From positions 558,001 to 622,000 of the forward strand of contig MU053652.1 in assembly GCA_013239625.1 (NCBI GenBank): a stretch of 64,000 nucleotides of DNA, given 5' to 3'. The position numbers were made by a program, and so were the translations under genes. Shown here one piece after another: positions 37,846 through 50,125 of the stretch (position 1 is the first letter of the stretch; each line of letters starts with the position of its first letter). The notes beneath the pieces were generated by a model that was not told the DNA's origin, did not search any database, and saw only the letters and a list, made by a program, of their open reading frames with translations. Source of the stretch: Lama guanicoe. Taxonomy: Eukaryota.

Positions 37846-37972
37846 CCAGGGTCTCTAACCTGGGGTGTGTGAGTTGCCTGATGCTGGTGTGAAGATGCAT
37901 GGATCTGCGCGTACAAGTCTTTCTCCAGGGTCCACAGCCAGCATCAGATTCTCTAAAGTATCCGTAACCACC
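37846..37972. mobile_element. hAT-Charlie MITE fragment
   Basis: cagggtctctaacctgggg...agggtccacagccagcatcagattctctaaagtatccgtaacc. Confidence 0.5.
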
Positions 37973-40727
37973 TGCCCCGCTAAATTCCCTAAATCACAAA
38001 ACCCCCCTAAATAGTCTCATCTGCATGGAAAAAAACAATGCTCAATTTAGTTTTCACACATAAGAATAAAATAAGGAAGTAACTACAGCGGTAAGTTTTA
38101 GTTAGAGCCACAGATGTTTGCTTTCTAAATTTTAGACAACATTTTTATTTCATAAAGATTAAACATATAAAGAAACTTGATCTGTTTTAGATCATATGGT
38201 TTGTGGTGGGAACACTGTGTAGACCCAACAATAGTTCTGGATTCTAATCCTGATTCTGCAGTCACCCTGCTACTCAGTTTGTAGCAAGCCGATTAGCTTT
38301 TCTGGGCCCTAGTTCAGAACTACTGAAGGTAGTTAACACATCAAAAACATAATTCACTAATGCACTCTCAATGAGATTTTGTTTTGAAGTATTTTTTACT
38401 AACCAAACTGCATTTATTCAACAATAATTTATTTCTCCTTTTCAAAATTAACCCAAATTACTATAAGTGCCAACAGATCTTTAAGCAGAGCTTCCACTCA
38501 TTTGTCTAACCACATGCAACCAGCAAATATTTATTAAGTTCCTAGCGTGTGAGGCCCTATTCAGGAAGCTAAGGACACATAACTAGGCGAACCCAGCCTC
38601 TACGTCTATGGAGTCTACAGTCAGTGCCCCACCTTCAGCTGATATAACAGCAGCCAGAATATAAATAAACCTATTTGTAATTTGGCAGCCATATCACGAG
38701 TGCATCCGTGAATACACTGAAAATAACTTGTGAAGCTTATCACCAACTTCACAGACTTCTAGGAGCTGGGAATCCAGGACAGTCAGCTGCTGAATGAGAT
38801 CAGCTGTCAGATTCCTTCTAGTTCTAAAATGTTAAGATCTTACCATTCTAAGTGGAGAAGAGAGGATCCAAAGTTCAATTCCAGTCCCTGAATGCCCAGC
38901 TCTAATAAGAATGATGTGTCAGTGATTAAAACATTCCCACATCTCCCCAATCTACATAAATGCCTTCTTTCACTAAAACCTAATTATGTCTATAACTAAA
39001 GCAGATATTTATAATGATAATTCAATTTATGTAATGTACATCTTCCTCCATGCTTCAGAGAGTTGAGTTTAAATGCCTTTTTTGATTACTAATTATTTTC
39101 TAAGTGAGTTAATGCTTGTGAAAGCTACTGGGACCACATGCCCGAGGATAAGTGCTCTGTTTATTTGACAAGGAGGTTTCACGGAGCCCCCAGGAGTGTG
39201 CAGCATGAACCTCTCCCTGCAAATCTCCATCTGGAAAGGCTCATTTTATGAAGCTGAGGAACATTTCAGTCATGATATCATCCTTCCGGTTACTGGAGAG
39301 TTGTAAATCTTAAATAAGAGGACAACCCAGCTCTAGAACTAGGGGGTAAATCATATGAAGAATTTGCCTAATCATTTATTTCAAGTGGAACAATGTCTCA
39401 CAGGGCTAACATGTGAACTTGTGACAAAGGCAAAGAGCTTCTACGTATTTGCTACCAATTGTGTGAGTTCTATCACTTTAGCGCAATTTGAGGTGTTACG
39501 GTTATCACCCCCATAGTTCAAGCAAATCGAATTATGGTTTTTTGCATCACTTGTTTCAGCGTCCTCAGTGCTTAGCAACTTGTAAGTGCCCCCTGTGGGA
39601 TGGGCAGAGGCTCATTAGCAGCTCCCAGCTTTAGGACTATTAAGCCATCTCAGATAAAGACATCGCTCAGACTTTTCCAGTAAAAATCAATTCATCAAAT
39701 TTCTTTCCTGTCTCCATTCTACTGCATGCTCTATTACTCCTAAAAAAGCTTGCTTCTCCTCCAGCTGGGATATCTACAGTTCACTCAGCAGCCACTGATT
39801 CATTGACCATACTGTGGACCAGAAAGTAGGCTGACTCTTATTTCTGCTGGGAAATCAGGTTGTGTTAGGTATGTGTTCATTATTTACCAGGCTGGAGGAA
39901 GCTTCTGCCTCCCTCAGAAGCTACCTGACATTAATGGCAGCAGGTTTGGTACAAGAGAATATATATTTCTTCTAATTATGTGGTCAGTGGGCTGAAGATC
40001 TTGCTGTCCAAAAAAAGTGGCAAGTCCGTGGACAGTTTAAACTAGATAATCAATATGTTGATTATACCTAAGATGAAGAGTTAGAAGCTCGATCAGCATA
40101 ATACGGTTGTGATGGTTAAAATGCACAACTTATGTCACTACTTTCAACAACAGTGTATTCTTGGAAACTCTTTCCATTTCAGTCTTTTTCCATCATTCCC
40201 CACGATCGACACCAAAATAACATTCTCCCGTGAAATGGATAGACTTACACTAATTAGTAAACTTGCAATTATTATAATGGTAACACAATCTTATAACCAA
40301 ACTCAATAACTGACATACGGAGTTTTGTAATTTAACCAAGGCTATATGTAGGTCACCACTGGGCCTGGAACCCAGGACTTTCAAATCCTCTCCTGGTCTT
40401 TCCAATACACTGCTTTGTTTTAACATCAAATGGTAATCCTATTTTGTTAGTGTGGCTGACTACACAACTATATTAGAAAGCTTGCTGGAAATAAAAAATT
40501 GAAGAAATTAAGAGACGCAGAAGGAAAATATGTGCCATTTTGCGGCTGGGTATAGGGTGACGGGGGGAAAAGTGGCCTAAAACTGAATCAAGGTCAGCAA
40601 AATACGAAGTGACACAAGGTGGAGAGTTTCTGTACAGCCGTAAGCCTGAGGAAAATGCTTTTCTCAACCCAGTGTTCTAGAACTTTCAAGATAATTTTCC
40701 TCTTTCCATCCTTCCTTCTTTCATACT

Positions 40728-41176
40728 CCTTTTAATTAAGATTTAATTCACATACCACATAATTCAGTTATTTATAGTTTGTAATTCAGTGCTTTCTAGT
40801 ATATTCACAGAGTTGTGCAGTCATCACTATAACCAGCTTTGGAACATGTTCATCATCCCAAGAGAAAGCCCACACCTACCAACAATGATTCTCCATTTCC
40901 AACCCCCCCCCAACTCCACCCCACCTACAGCCCTATGCCGCCACTAATCTACTTCCTGTTTCTATATATATGTCAGTTCTAGAATTTCCATATAAATGGA
41001 ATCATACAATAGGCAGTCTCTGTGACTGCCTTCTTTGACTTAGCATAGTGTTTCCAAAGTTCATCCATATTACAGCATGGATCTGTACTTTATTCCTTTT
41101 TATTCAGAGTAATGCTCTATTATATGGATATACCACATTTATTTATTCACTTATCCATTCATCAGTTGATAGATGA
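40728..41176 (-). mobile_element. Old L1 3' end (L1MB-like)
   Basis: taattcacataccacataattc...tagtatattcacagagttgtgcagtcatcac...tataaatggaatcatacaata...tatatggatataccacattttatttattc. Confidence 0.9.
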
Positions 41177-41859
41177 CCCTTGCTTTTTGATGTGTTAAAA
41201 AAATCTCTCCTCTGGGCTCTACATTAACTTAGAGTCCACTGCTATCACTATTATTTTTTTTTAATTCATAATCACTAATGGAACAATGACTGAAGAAACC
41301 AAGGTAATCAAAAAATGAACTGAAAGCCAGATTAAAGATACCTGAAAGGACATGGATCAGTGTGAATAATCAAAACAACTGTAAACCATTAATGGGATAC
41401 CAAAAGGAAGTGATGTGGATCCTAGGAAATAGGTGATGTATTATGTAGGAAGGTGCTTGTGTGTAGATGCAATGGTAGTGACTCAACAGAGACATCAGGT
41501 TTCATAGTGCCTTCATTATGATTTCTCAGTACATCATTAGCAAAAGGCAATGTCACTGCTGGAGCTACTACTCACCTGCCAGCTCCTGTGTCTTACCCAT
41601 CTTTGAGCCTCCCCCAAAGCCCAGAATAGCATCTGGTCCAACTCGAGTTAACAAATATTTATTAAATGATCACATATTCCAGCTTCAGGGTTCCCTGTGA
41701 AAATGCCAGAACCTGCCTTCGCACTGAGATCTCCCAGCAAACTCTCTAAGAGACACACTCTTTCATCAGGTCACTGCTGAGTATGAAGATATTTGATTCT
41801 TGGAATTGCACTTAAAATGACTGATTTGTTTAGTACTGAATAAACATCTGAACCCAACT

Positions 41860-42990
41860 GCTAATCAGTTCACAGGTATTTGTTGTGTATCTACTATGTG
41901 GCAGGCATTGTTCTAGACACTAGGTACCCGGCAGACAAAGCTGCTGACCAATGCAGCGTGCATTCTAGTTAGGGGAGACAGACACGAAACAGACACGTAT
42001 CAAGTAGTGACAGACGCTATGAAGTAAAACAAAGGAGACCGGGAGATGGGAAAGGATGAGCAGCTGCTCTTCTGCACAGGATAGTTAGGGACAGCCTCCT
42101 AAGAAGGTGACATTTTAAATAGGGACAAGAAAAGTCCAAAGTGATGCATTTTCGGGAGCTCCAGCATTCCAGGAGGAGGAAATAGCAAGTGTGAAGATCC
42201 TGAGGAAGAACCTATCTTTCGCATTTGAAAAACATCCACGAGGCCAGGTGGGTGAAGCAAGAGGAAGGAGAGAGTAATGAAAGATGACACCTGAGGAGTC
42301 ACAGTGGGGGCCAGGTAATGAGGGGTTTTAAGGCCACAGTAAAGAATCTGACTGAGTGCCATGATCTACCTTGGGTTTCAACAGGATTGCCAGAGTGACT
42401 GCCATGTGGACAACAGAGTATAACGGACGAGAAAAGGAGTAAGAGCTTCAGAAAGCAACCTACTGAAACAGAGCAGATGGGGGATTATGGTGGGCTGGAT
42501 CAGAGTGGGAGCAGTGCAGATGATGTAAAGCAGTAGATCCTCAGTCTGAAAGCAGAACACCCAAGATTTGCCAATGACTTGCTGTGTACAAGGCATGAGA
42601 GGGGTCAAGCATGGCATGGAGAGTTGTGGTCCGAGCAAATGGAAGGATGGGGCTGGCATTTACTGAGATGAGAAAGACAATAGGAGGCACAGGTTTGGGG
42701 AGAAATTACGAGTTTTGCTTTGGATAAATTAAGCTGAAGATGCCAGTTAGACATCTAAGTGGAGAGACAGAGGAGAGAGTTGGATACATGAGTTTAGAGT
42801 TGAGACGGGAGACTGGCAGTGCAGGTAAAAACTTAGAAAATATTAGGGCATAGTTGGTATTTAAAGTCATGAGACTAGGAAGTGCATCTGAGAGAACAGA
42901 GAAGAGGTCCAAAGACTGAGCCCAGAGATAGTCTAATTTAGAGCCAGAAAGGACAAGGAGAAGCAACAGCAGTGAGAGAGGTGGACAACT
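41860..42990 (-). mobile_element. L2 (~1.1 kb, L2a/b-like) with decayed RT C-terminus
   Basis: ctactatgtggcaggcattgttctagacac 3' end; ORF 42378-42659 (GKSWVFCFQ...TAPTLIQPTIIPHLLCFSRLL) resembles L2 ORF2. Confidence 0.9.
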
Positions 42991-43059
42991 AGCCACGAAC
43001 CTAATAATTACAGTTTTGAATATATATGAACTTTATTCCCTTTCCTCTAGGAAAATCCC

Positions 43060-43265
43060 TAAAATGGTTAAGAATATGAACATTGAGAAGTATCTAGGTC
43101 ATGCTGCCTCTACCAGTGTCACCTTGAACAAGTGGTTTAACCTCCAGGAGCCTGCTGCTTCATCTACAAAACAACAGCACCCATATGTTGAGGGATTAAA
43201 TGACATGGTCCATAAAAAGTGCTCAGTATAGTGCCTGACAGAAAATGCTCAATAAATACTGCTTC
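43060..43265 (+). mobile_element. MIR
   Basis: gtgtcaccttgaacaagtggtttaacctc...cttcatctacaaaac...aagtgctcagtatagtgcctgacagaaaatgctcaataaat. Confidence 0.85.
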
Positions 43266-44820
43266 TCATTTTTGTTATTCATGAATCCTTCCTCTTTTGT
43301 GTTGAAAGCACTTTCCACCTATATACTGATCATCTGGGATTTATTTATAACCTTGAAGTATAATGGTAACTACTTCTGGGTTGATGTCTTATTTTGTCAA
43401 CTAAAGTGCAAGTTATCTGAATTCAGGAAGTGGCTCAACTTCCTTATATTCTCCACAGTTCTAACACAATACTCTCAGCATTGCAGAAACATGAATATGT
43501 AAGTGGACTAATTGCATTATTTTACATTTTTGACAAGGTAACAAAGAAAATGGGTCTTTGGGGGTTTCTTCTCCTTTTGCCTGGATACTTGGAAGGGAAA
43601 ATTTAATATGCAACAAACTAGTATGTTTCTGAGAGATACATAAAACATAAGTCAGGATGATGAAGTCATCACTGTTAGATCTTCCCTGGCCTTTTGTTGG
43701 ATGACGGGAGAAGTGGCAAACAACTGAATAAAGGTCAGCAAAATGTATTGTGACACCAAATGTAGACCTTCTATATGGCCTTAAGCCTGGGGAAAAATGC
43801 TTTTCTAGACCTAGTGTTCCAAACTTCTCAGGTACTGAATATGCTTCTGAGAGCTTTCGTTATATTTCTGGAATGAGTGTTTGTCTAAAAAAAACTGACA
43901 CTTGCTTTTTTGATTAACTAAAATGTAGCTTCTGGAACCTTCAGCGACCACATGGACTCTCTTGAGGATGGGCCCACCCAGTTGCCTTCTCAGGAAAGAA
44001 TCCATAACCCCCAGAAGGGTAGACTCTTTGAAGCTATTTTTTTCCTTTTGCACAACGCTGTCTTTGCATGAACTGATCTGCACGGTGTCCAGAGACATCC
44101 GGCCAAAGTGGGAGAGCGGGGTCATGTGATGGGCGCACTGCAGAGGGAAGGCTCACAGACCCTTCTTGCTGAGGTCCCCAGAGATGCCTGGTTTCTGTCC
44201 TTCCAAAGGCTTGAATTCTATCAGGCACTATACTGATTTTCCAAAAAGTTTCCTTTTTGGGGGGAGGGGAGGGGAATACTGTTTGGTTTTTTTTTTTTCT
44301 TCACTTAACAATTGAAAAAAAAACTTCATTGATATATCTGGCATACTGAAAAGAATACGAAGTAAGACTTTTTAGTGTTTGTAGAGTAAAACCAAGAATA
44401 TAGAACATATGCACATTTCCTTCCTCCATCTCTTCCTCTGACCTCTTGCTTGGTGATGGAGATAATAGCTTTCTCGGGGACTGAGGATGGTAGAAGCCAG
44501 GCAGTTTCGAGAACGTACATATGTGCTTAGGGAAGAAGGAAGGAATATGGGGTGGCTTTTGTCCAAGTCATCCCAGTTCTTCCCTCTTTTACCACTCTCC
44601 CTATATTACTCAGTAAACAAGGGATAAAAGTCCTAAATTATGATATAGTGTAACAAACCAGACATATATGGGAAGGAAAAAACTCACTGTGAAAATTTCT
44701 CAATTCTATAGAAATGCCAAAGAAAATAGTTACTGAAAAACCTAAGACTCCGTCAAGTACCTGTATTATTTTTTTATATTTAAAAGGGAACATCACAACT
44801 GACAACGGAAAAAAGATTAA

Positions 44821-46125
44821 TGTACAAAAAGTAGGAGTTGTTTTTAGAAAAAGCACTTCTGACACCCAATGTGTCAGATTTTTTCTACAATCAATTCTCC
44901 AACTATCTGGACACCAACTGGATGTCCAATGATTCAATTCAATTCTGACACTAACCCCACAAGTTAAAGGCTCAGTCCCACAAGACTGCCCCCACTTCAG
45001 ACACCAATCACAAGTCCCAGGCCTTTCATACTTAAGACTGACTAGCTAAATCAGGAGCTAGGTTGTGGGAACAAAGACCTCCTCTTTGGGTTTGATAATT
45101 TGCTAGAACAGCTCACAGAATCATGGAAAACAACTAACTTGCTATTACTGAGACAAGAGGGAAGTGGGCAAGGGACAACTACTAAAAGAAGGACACAGCA
45201 ATGAGCACCAAGATGGCAGCAGCTTTGACTTCCAGGAGACCTTGAGCTTCATTTCATCATACGCTCGCTGTAATACATTAGCATGGTAAATGGCACTCCC
45301 GCGGGCGCCGACAGTTCCAAGGCTAGCAGTGAAAGTTCAAAAAGTGGGCAATGGCCCAGTTCCTGGGAATCCCAGCCCTCCCCCAAAGTAGCTGGAATAA
45401 TCCTCCCACTTGTTTGCATAGTTACTGAGCCCCCCAAAAATAAACACCCTCATGCCTCATGCCTCGGGGCCTCTCTGGCCTTCTGAGGTGGTCTGCACTG
45501 GGTCTGTGGAGTATGTAGCTCTCTGAATAAATCTACTTTTACTCAACAATGGCTCACTTTTGAATTCTTTCCTGCGCAAAGCCAAGGACCCTCACTTGGC
45601 AGGGCACGTCCCTGGGACTTGGCCATCCTCTCAAAGACCATTTTTTCCTATATCATTACCAGTTTATTATAAAGGGAAGTATAAAGAAACAGCCAGCCAA
45701 ATGAAAGGTACACAGAGTGAGGTCCAGGAGGGTCCCAAGAACCTTCTGTCCCAGTAGAGCTGGGGAGCACCACCCTCCTCACACGTGGATGTGCTCCCCA
45801 AGCTGGAGGCTGTATGAATCCTGTGGTTTAGGGGTTTTTATGGAGGTATGGTATAGTCGATTATATCATTGGCTGTGAGTGATTAGCTCAATCTCCAGCC
45901 TTTCTTCCTTCCCAGGAGGCCAGAGGGTAGGACTATAAATTCCAATAATCATGCCTTGGTCTTTCTGGGCACCAGCCCCCATCCTGAAGCTATCCTGAAG
46001 TACCCAGCCACCAGTCACCTCATTAGCACACAAAAGACACTGTCACTCCAGAGATCCCAAGGGTTTTAGAAGCTGTGTGCCAGGAACCAGAGACAAAGAC
46101 CAAATAAATATTTCATACTGTAGCA
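44821..46125 (-). mobile_element. MER21-like solo LTR, split by a nested LTR
   Basis: ttctgacacccaatgtg...ggctcagtcccacaagactgccccacttcagacaccaatcacaagtcc...gggttttagaagctgtgtgccaggaaccagagacaaagaccaaata. TG...CA ends; flanks attaa/aataa (4/5). Confidence 0.9.
45149..45655 (+). mobile_element. ERV1-class solo LTR (507 bp) nested in MER21
   Basis: TG...CA termini; 4-bp TSD ttac (45145-45148 and 45656-45659); AATAAA at 45526-45531 followed by U5-like ttgaattctttcctgcgcaaagccaaggaccc. Confidence 0.88.
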
Positions 46126-48166
46126 AATAATAATACCATAATTCTAAAAATTAATTCTAAAAATTTCTCAGCCAAACAGGCATAGAAGTCAGTTTTATTC
46201 CAATAGTGGTGGCACTTTGGGGCTGATCTACAGAAGTTCTTTTTCCAAATCCCTTTCTGCTATGAGGCAGAAATACGCAAGATAGCTAGTTAAGGTTAGG
46301 GACGTGGTAACTGGTGAATTAATTTAGTAAAGTTAGTTGGTCCTATGGGAACCAAGCTCACAGCACTGGTATCACTCAAACTGTGCTCCAATTAACTACC
46401 ACACACTGTTCTGGGGTCCCGTAGCTGCTGAGAGCTGCCGGGAGGAGCACAGTGTTCAGAGTGAAAACCGGCAGCCAAGCAGTTAACTGCATTTGGGAAA
46501 GGAAAAAAAAAAAGCCTTCTTTTTTTAAAAGTGAGCGTGAGTGCAGCTGTGATTCTTGAACAGCTTGTTCTGAACCACATGGCCTTCCAGCCTCCCAATC
46601 TTCCCACTAAGTTCCATGCTCAACTGGCTTTCAACAGCTTTCCCAAAGCCACTCTTCAGCATACTAAACTTGGGATCCTTTAACGCCAAGTAACACTCCT
46701 CTCTCTTTAATGGGATAATTTAGCCTTCTGACTTTCGCAGCAGATGCATTTAAGGCTTAGTGATGTCATTTAATTACAGACTCTGAAGAAATCTGAAAGC
46801 ATCATTTTAACTAGCCTGTGCTGTCAGCTCCCTGATGGAGCCCACCAGCAAGGCCATGTACACGAAGGAAGTACTCCAGGGAGGAAGAAAGAAAGAGAAA
46901 AAGGTACAGTTCACGGCCTGTGTTCAGTCCCCTGAATATAGATGTCTGAGGCTCTCCATATATCATCTAGATAAACGGACATAAAACTCAAAGGCAAAGA
47001 CTGAGGGTCCAAATTAAGGGCAAATGAATGATCACGTCAATAAACCTACGGAATAATTATTAAGGTGTATTTTCTCAATTACAGTGATCAAATTAAGACA
47101 TCAAAGGCACACTTTTCTGTCCTCTTAATGGTCTCTTAAAGTCTTAACCACCCGAGTTCAATAACTACTGTGCACCATTACAAGCACTTGCACCTGACCT
47201 TTTGCCGAGTAAGAGTCGATGAAGATTCAGGGGAAAAAAACACAGGCAAAGAAAAGCCTATGTGTTAATCAAATGAGAAAGTGCTTTAAGAAAAAAATTA
47301 AATGGCATAATTAAAATTTTTATTGATTTGAATTATTCACATCAAAATTATTAATAACATTATCACAGAAAATGGAAGCATAGATAAGATGGATGTTTTA
47401 AACTAATGTATGTCATTCATTAAGAACATAAGGATAGGGCTGTGAAGAACTTTACCACATTCATAAGTTACCCAAAGAAGCAAATCGAAACAAATCAAAA
47501 ATAAATACAGATTTCACCTACTGCATAAAACTTTCTCTTGGTACTCAGTGCCATAAACTAAGGGTCTGGACAATTAAATTGTATAGGAGAGTTTAGATAA
47601 TTGAAAGCATCACAACTTCAAATCTGTATGACGTCCTGTTACTGAGCACACATATCACCAGTATATCATAAGGAAAAAAAAACTACCTTTGTTAGTTTGT
47701 CAAAATCTGAACCTCCCTCCCTTTCAAAAAATATACAATTTTTAAAACTACCTACAAGCAATGATCCTATACACCAACTCTCCACAGAGTTCACTGAATG
47801 CACACTTTATTACACTACTTAAATGCAAGAGCTCACAAGCATAAATGTGGATAAGTAATTTGGCATGGTGAATGAGATGAACCCTCTGGCCTTTTGCCAA
47901 TAGAAACCATGTACAATTCACTGTTCATAAAAAGCAGTTATGTCCCAGGGGAACTGCACATGGAGGATGGACAGGGCCACGGCTTGATATCATGATGTCA
48001 TACACAGCAGTGCTTCACAGGTAAGCATCCAAGTCCACCTGGGTATGTGAGATGATCCTCTCTTCTACCAAATAACCGCAGATACTCCCTGGTCTCTGGG
48101 TCTCTCTAATCAGAACTGGTCTTGGCAAAGAGTGTGGCAGCTATGAGACTTAAGAATGCTATGAAG

Positions 48167-48280
48167 TGGGGCAAGAATATAGCTCAGTGGTAAAGCATGT
48201 GCTTAGCATGTGTGAGGGTCCTGGGTTCAATCCTCAGTTCCTCTACTGAAAAGAAAAAGAAGAAGAAGAAGAAGAAGAAG
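48167..48280 (+). mobile_element. tRNA-Ala-derived SINE (Vic-1-like) with (GAA)n tail
   Basis: tatagctcagtggtaaagcatgtgcttagcatg...gtcctgggttcaatcctcag. 15-bp TSD aagaatgct(a/g)tgaag at 48152-48166 and 48281-48295; L1-endonuclease-type tt|aagaa site. Confidence 0.9.
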
Positions 48281-48459
48281 AAGAATGCTGTGAAGATGTA
48301 GGTGCTTTAAGTTCCCTATTACTGGGAAGAGGATAAAAAAGTCAAGTTTTCAAGGGATACAGTGGTTCATTTCCACAACAGAAGACAAGAGTTACAGAAG
48401 GTTCCTTTAAAAGTCATTCACTGAATACAATGAACTCTATGAATTGCTATACACATTTT

Positions 48460-48612
48460 ATTACTAACCTTCATAATACTGCCATGAGACAAACATCCCC
48501 GTTTTAAAGGGGAAGCACAGTGAAGTAACTTGTCCAACATCACTAGGCAAATATAAATGGCATAGTTGGGATTCAAACGCTAGTATGCCTTAACATCTGG
48601 GTCTTTCCATTC
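48460..48612 (-). mobile_element. MIR fragment
   Basis: gtgaagtaacttgtccaacatcac...taaatggcatagttgggattcaaac. Confidence 0.7.
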
Positions 48613-49989
48613 TGTCACCCTCTACTTTTCAGTGGCCTGAGCTAGGGACCAGAGCACAATCCACTGGTGTGTGACCCTGAAGCCAGACGGAAGGTCTATG
48701 GAAACTTATCTTGTCTGTCTGTACACTCCATACAGTACCATCAACCTTTGACATCATGCCCCTCTCCCCACATGCACAGTATAACTGTAGTTACATATAT
48801 ACCTGGATCGAGGGAACATTTAATCTAAAGACAATACTTTCTGGCATTCATTTAACTGGATTTTATCTACAAAAGAAAGTATTTCAGGGGACCCATTAAA
48901 GTATGATTTGCCCCAGGCTCCACTTCTACTATGGATGATGCTTCTAAGAAGTTCCCCATGTTGGGATCATTTTTCTGCCCTGATTTGAAACTTATCCTTT
49001 GACAGTTTTCAGCCTGCCTGATCTGAGTCTCATTTGTTCAAGAGATTGTTGCAAACGAGACTCTGCCTAGTGAGATCAACATGCAGGGAGCATCAGATAA
49101 TTTCTAATTGAATTTGCATCACTTTGATTAATGTTAATGCCCTAAAGGCCCCAAGGATGGGTGCATTTGTGTGATTTGAAATAATCCAACAATTTTATAA
49201 AACCAAGAAGGAATAAGTGCCTATTGGTAAGCCTCGAGGTCCAGGTATCTAACTAGTTTGGATGCCAGAATGATTGCATGCCCTCAGAGGTTACATTTAC
49301 TTTAGTAAACCTAGATATTTACAAATATAACATTTCCTGATGCAGCATTTTGACAAGTAACTACCGATGTCCGGATTGACGACTTCCTCTGAGCTAAGGA
49401 AGCTCATATGTTCTCAGCGCAAATGCTTAAAAGATGGTATGAACACAGACAATACTACATCCCTTGGCAGCCTGTTCATATTGACCCAACTTAGTTGTAT
49501 TCACCCCCAAAGATAAGTCAGGTGGAAAGACTCATAGAGGCTGGGATTACAAAGGAACAATTAAATATATCTCTTACAAGCCACAGAGGAATGATTAAAA
49601 TTAGAAGAGGTTGCTTCTGACACAACGAAATCTCTTTTTTTGCATGTTGTCACTCACTAAGCGACATGTCTGGAAGGAGGTATTATTTGTTCTTTGTAGC
49701 TGGTGAAACTAAAGATATGACAGACAAGTTGTCCAAAGGCACAAGAGCCAAGAACGCAATTGGGAGTTGAGGTTCTGTGCCCCTACCTCTCCAAGGATCA
49801 CAGTCCATTAACGCCCAGCCCCACATGGCAAAATCACACAGAAGGCTACTGCAGGACAAATTCTCCGGAGATTATCAATCTTTCCCACAAGCTTCTGGTA
49901 TGGGGGTGGCTGGGCTTCCATCATCTCTAAAGACCCCAGACAGAATCAACAGATCTTAGAACTGGGATCGGTCTCTGCATTCACTGGTA

Positions 49990-50125
49990 TTTCATTTCTT
50001 TCATTTTGCAGATAAAGAAACTAACCAACAAAGACTAATTACACGATATGCTGAAGGAAACACAATTAGTAAGTGGCAGAGCCAAATCCCAAACTCAAGC
50101 CTACCAACTCCTCCACTGCTCTCTA
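49990..50125 (-). mobile_element. MIR fragment
   Basis: cattttgcagataaagaaacta...cacaattagtaagtggcagagcc. Confidence 0.7.

Noticed and set aside
39586..39602. CTCF-like words (also ~18568 and ~29372)
   Set aside because: Mismatches at core positions; cannot be separated from background without PWM scoring or ChIP data.
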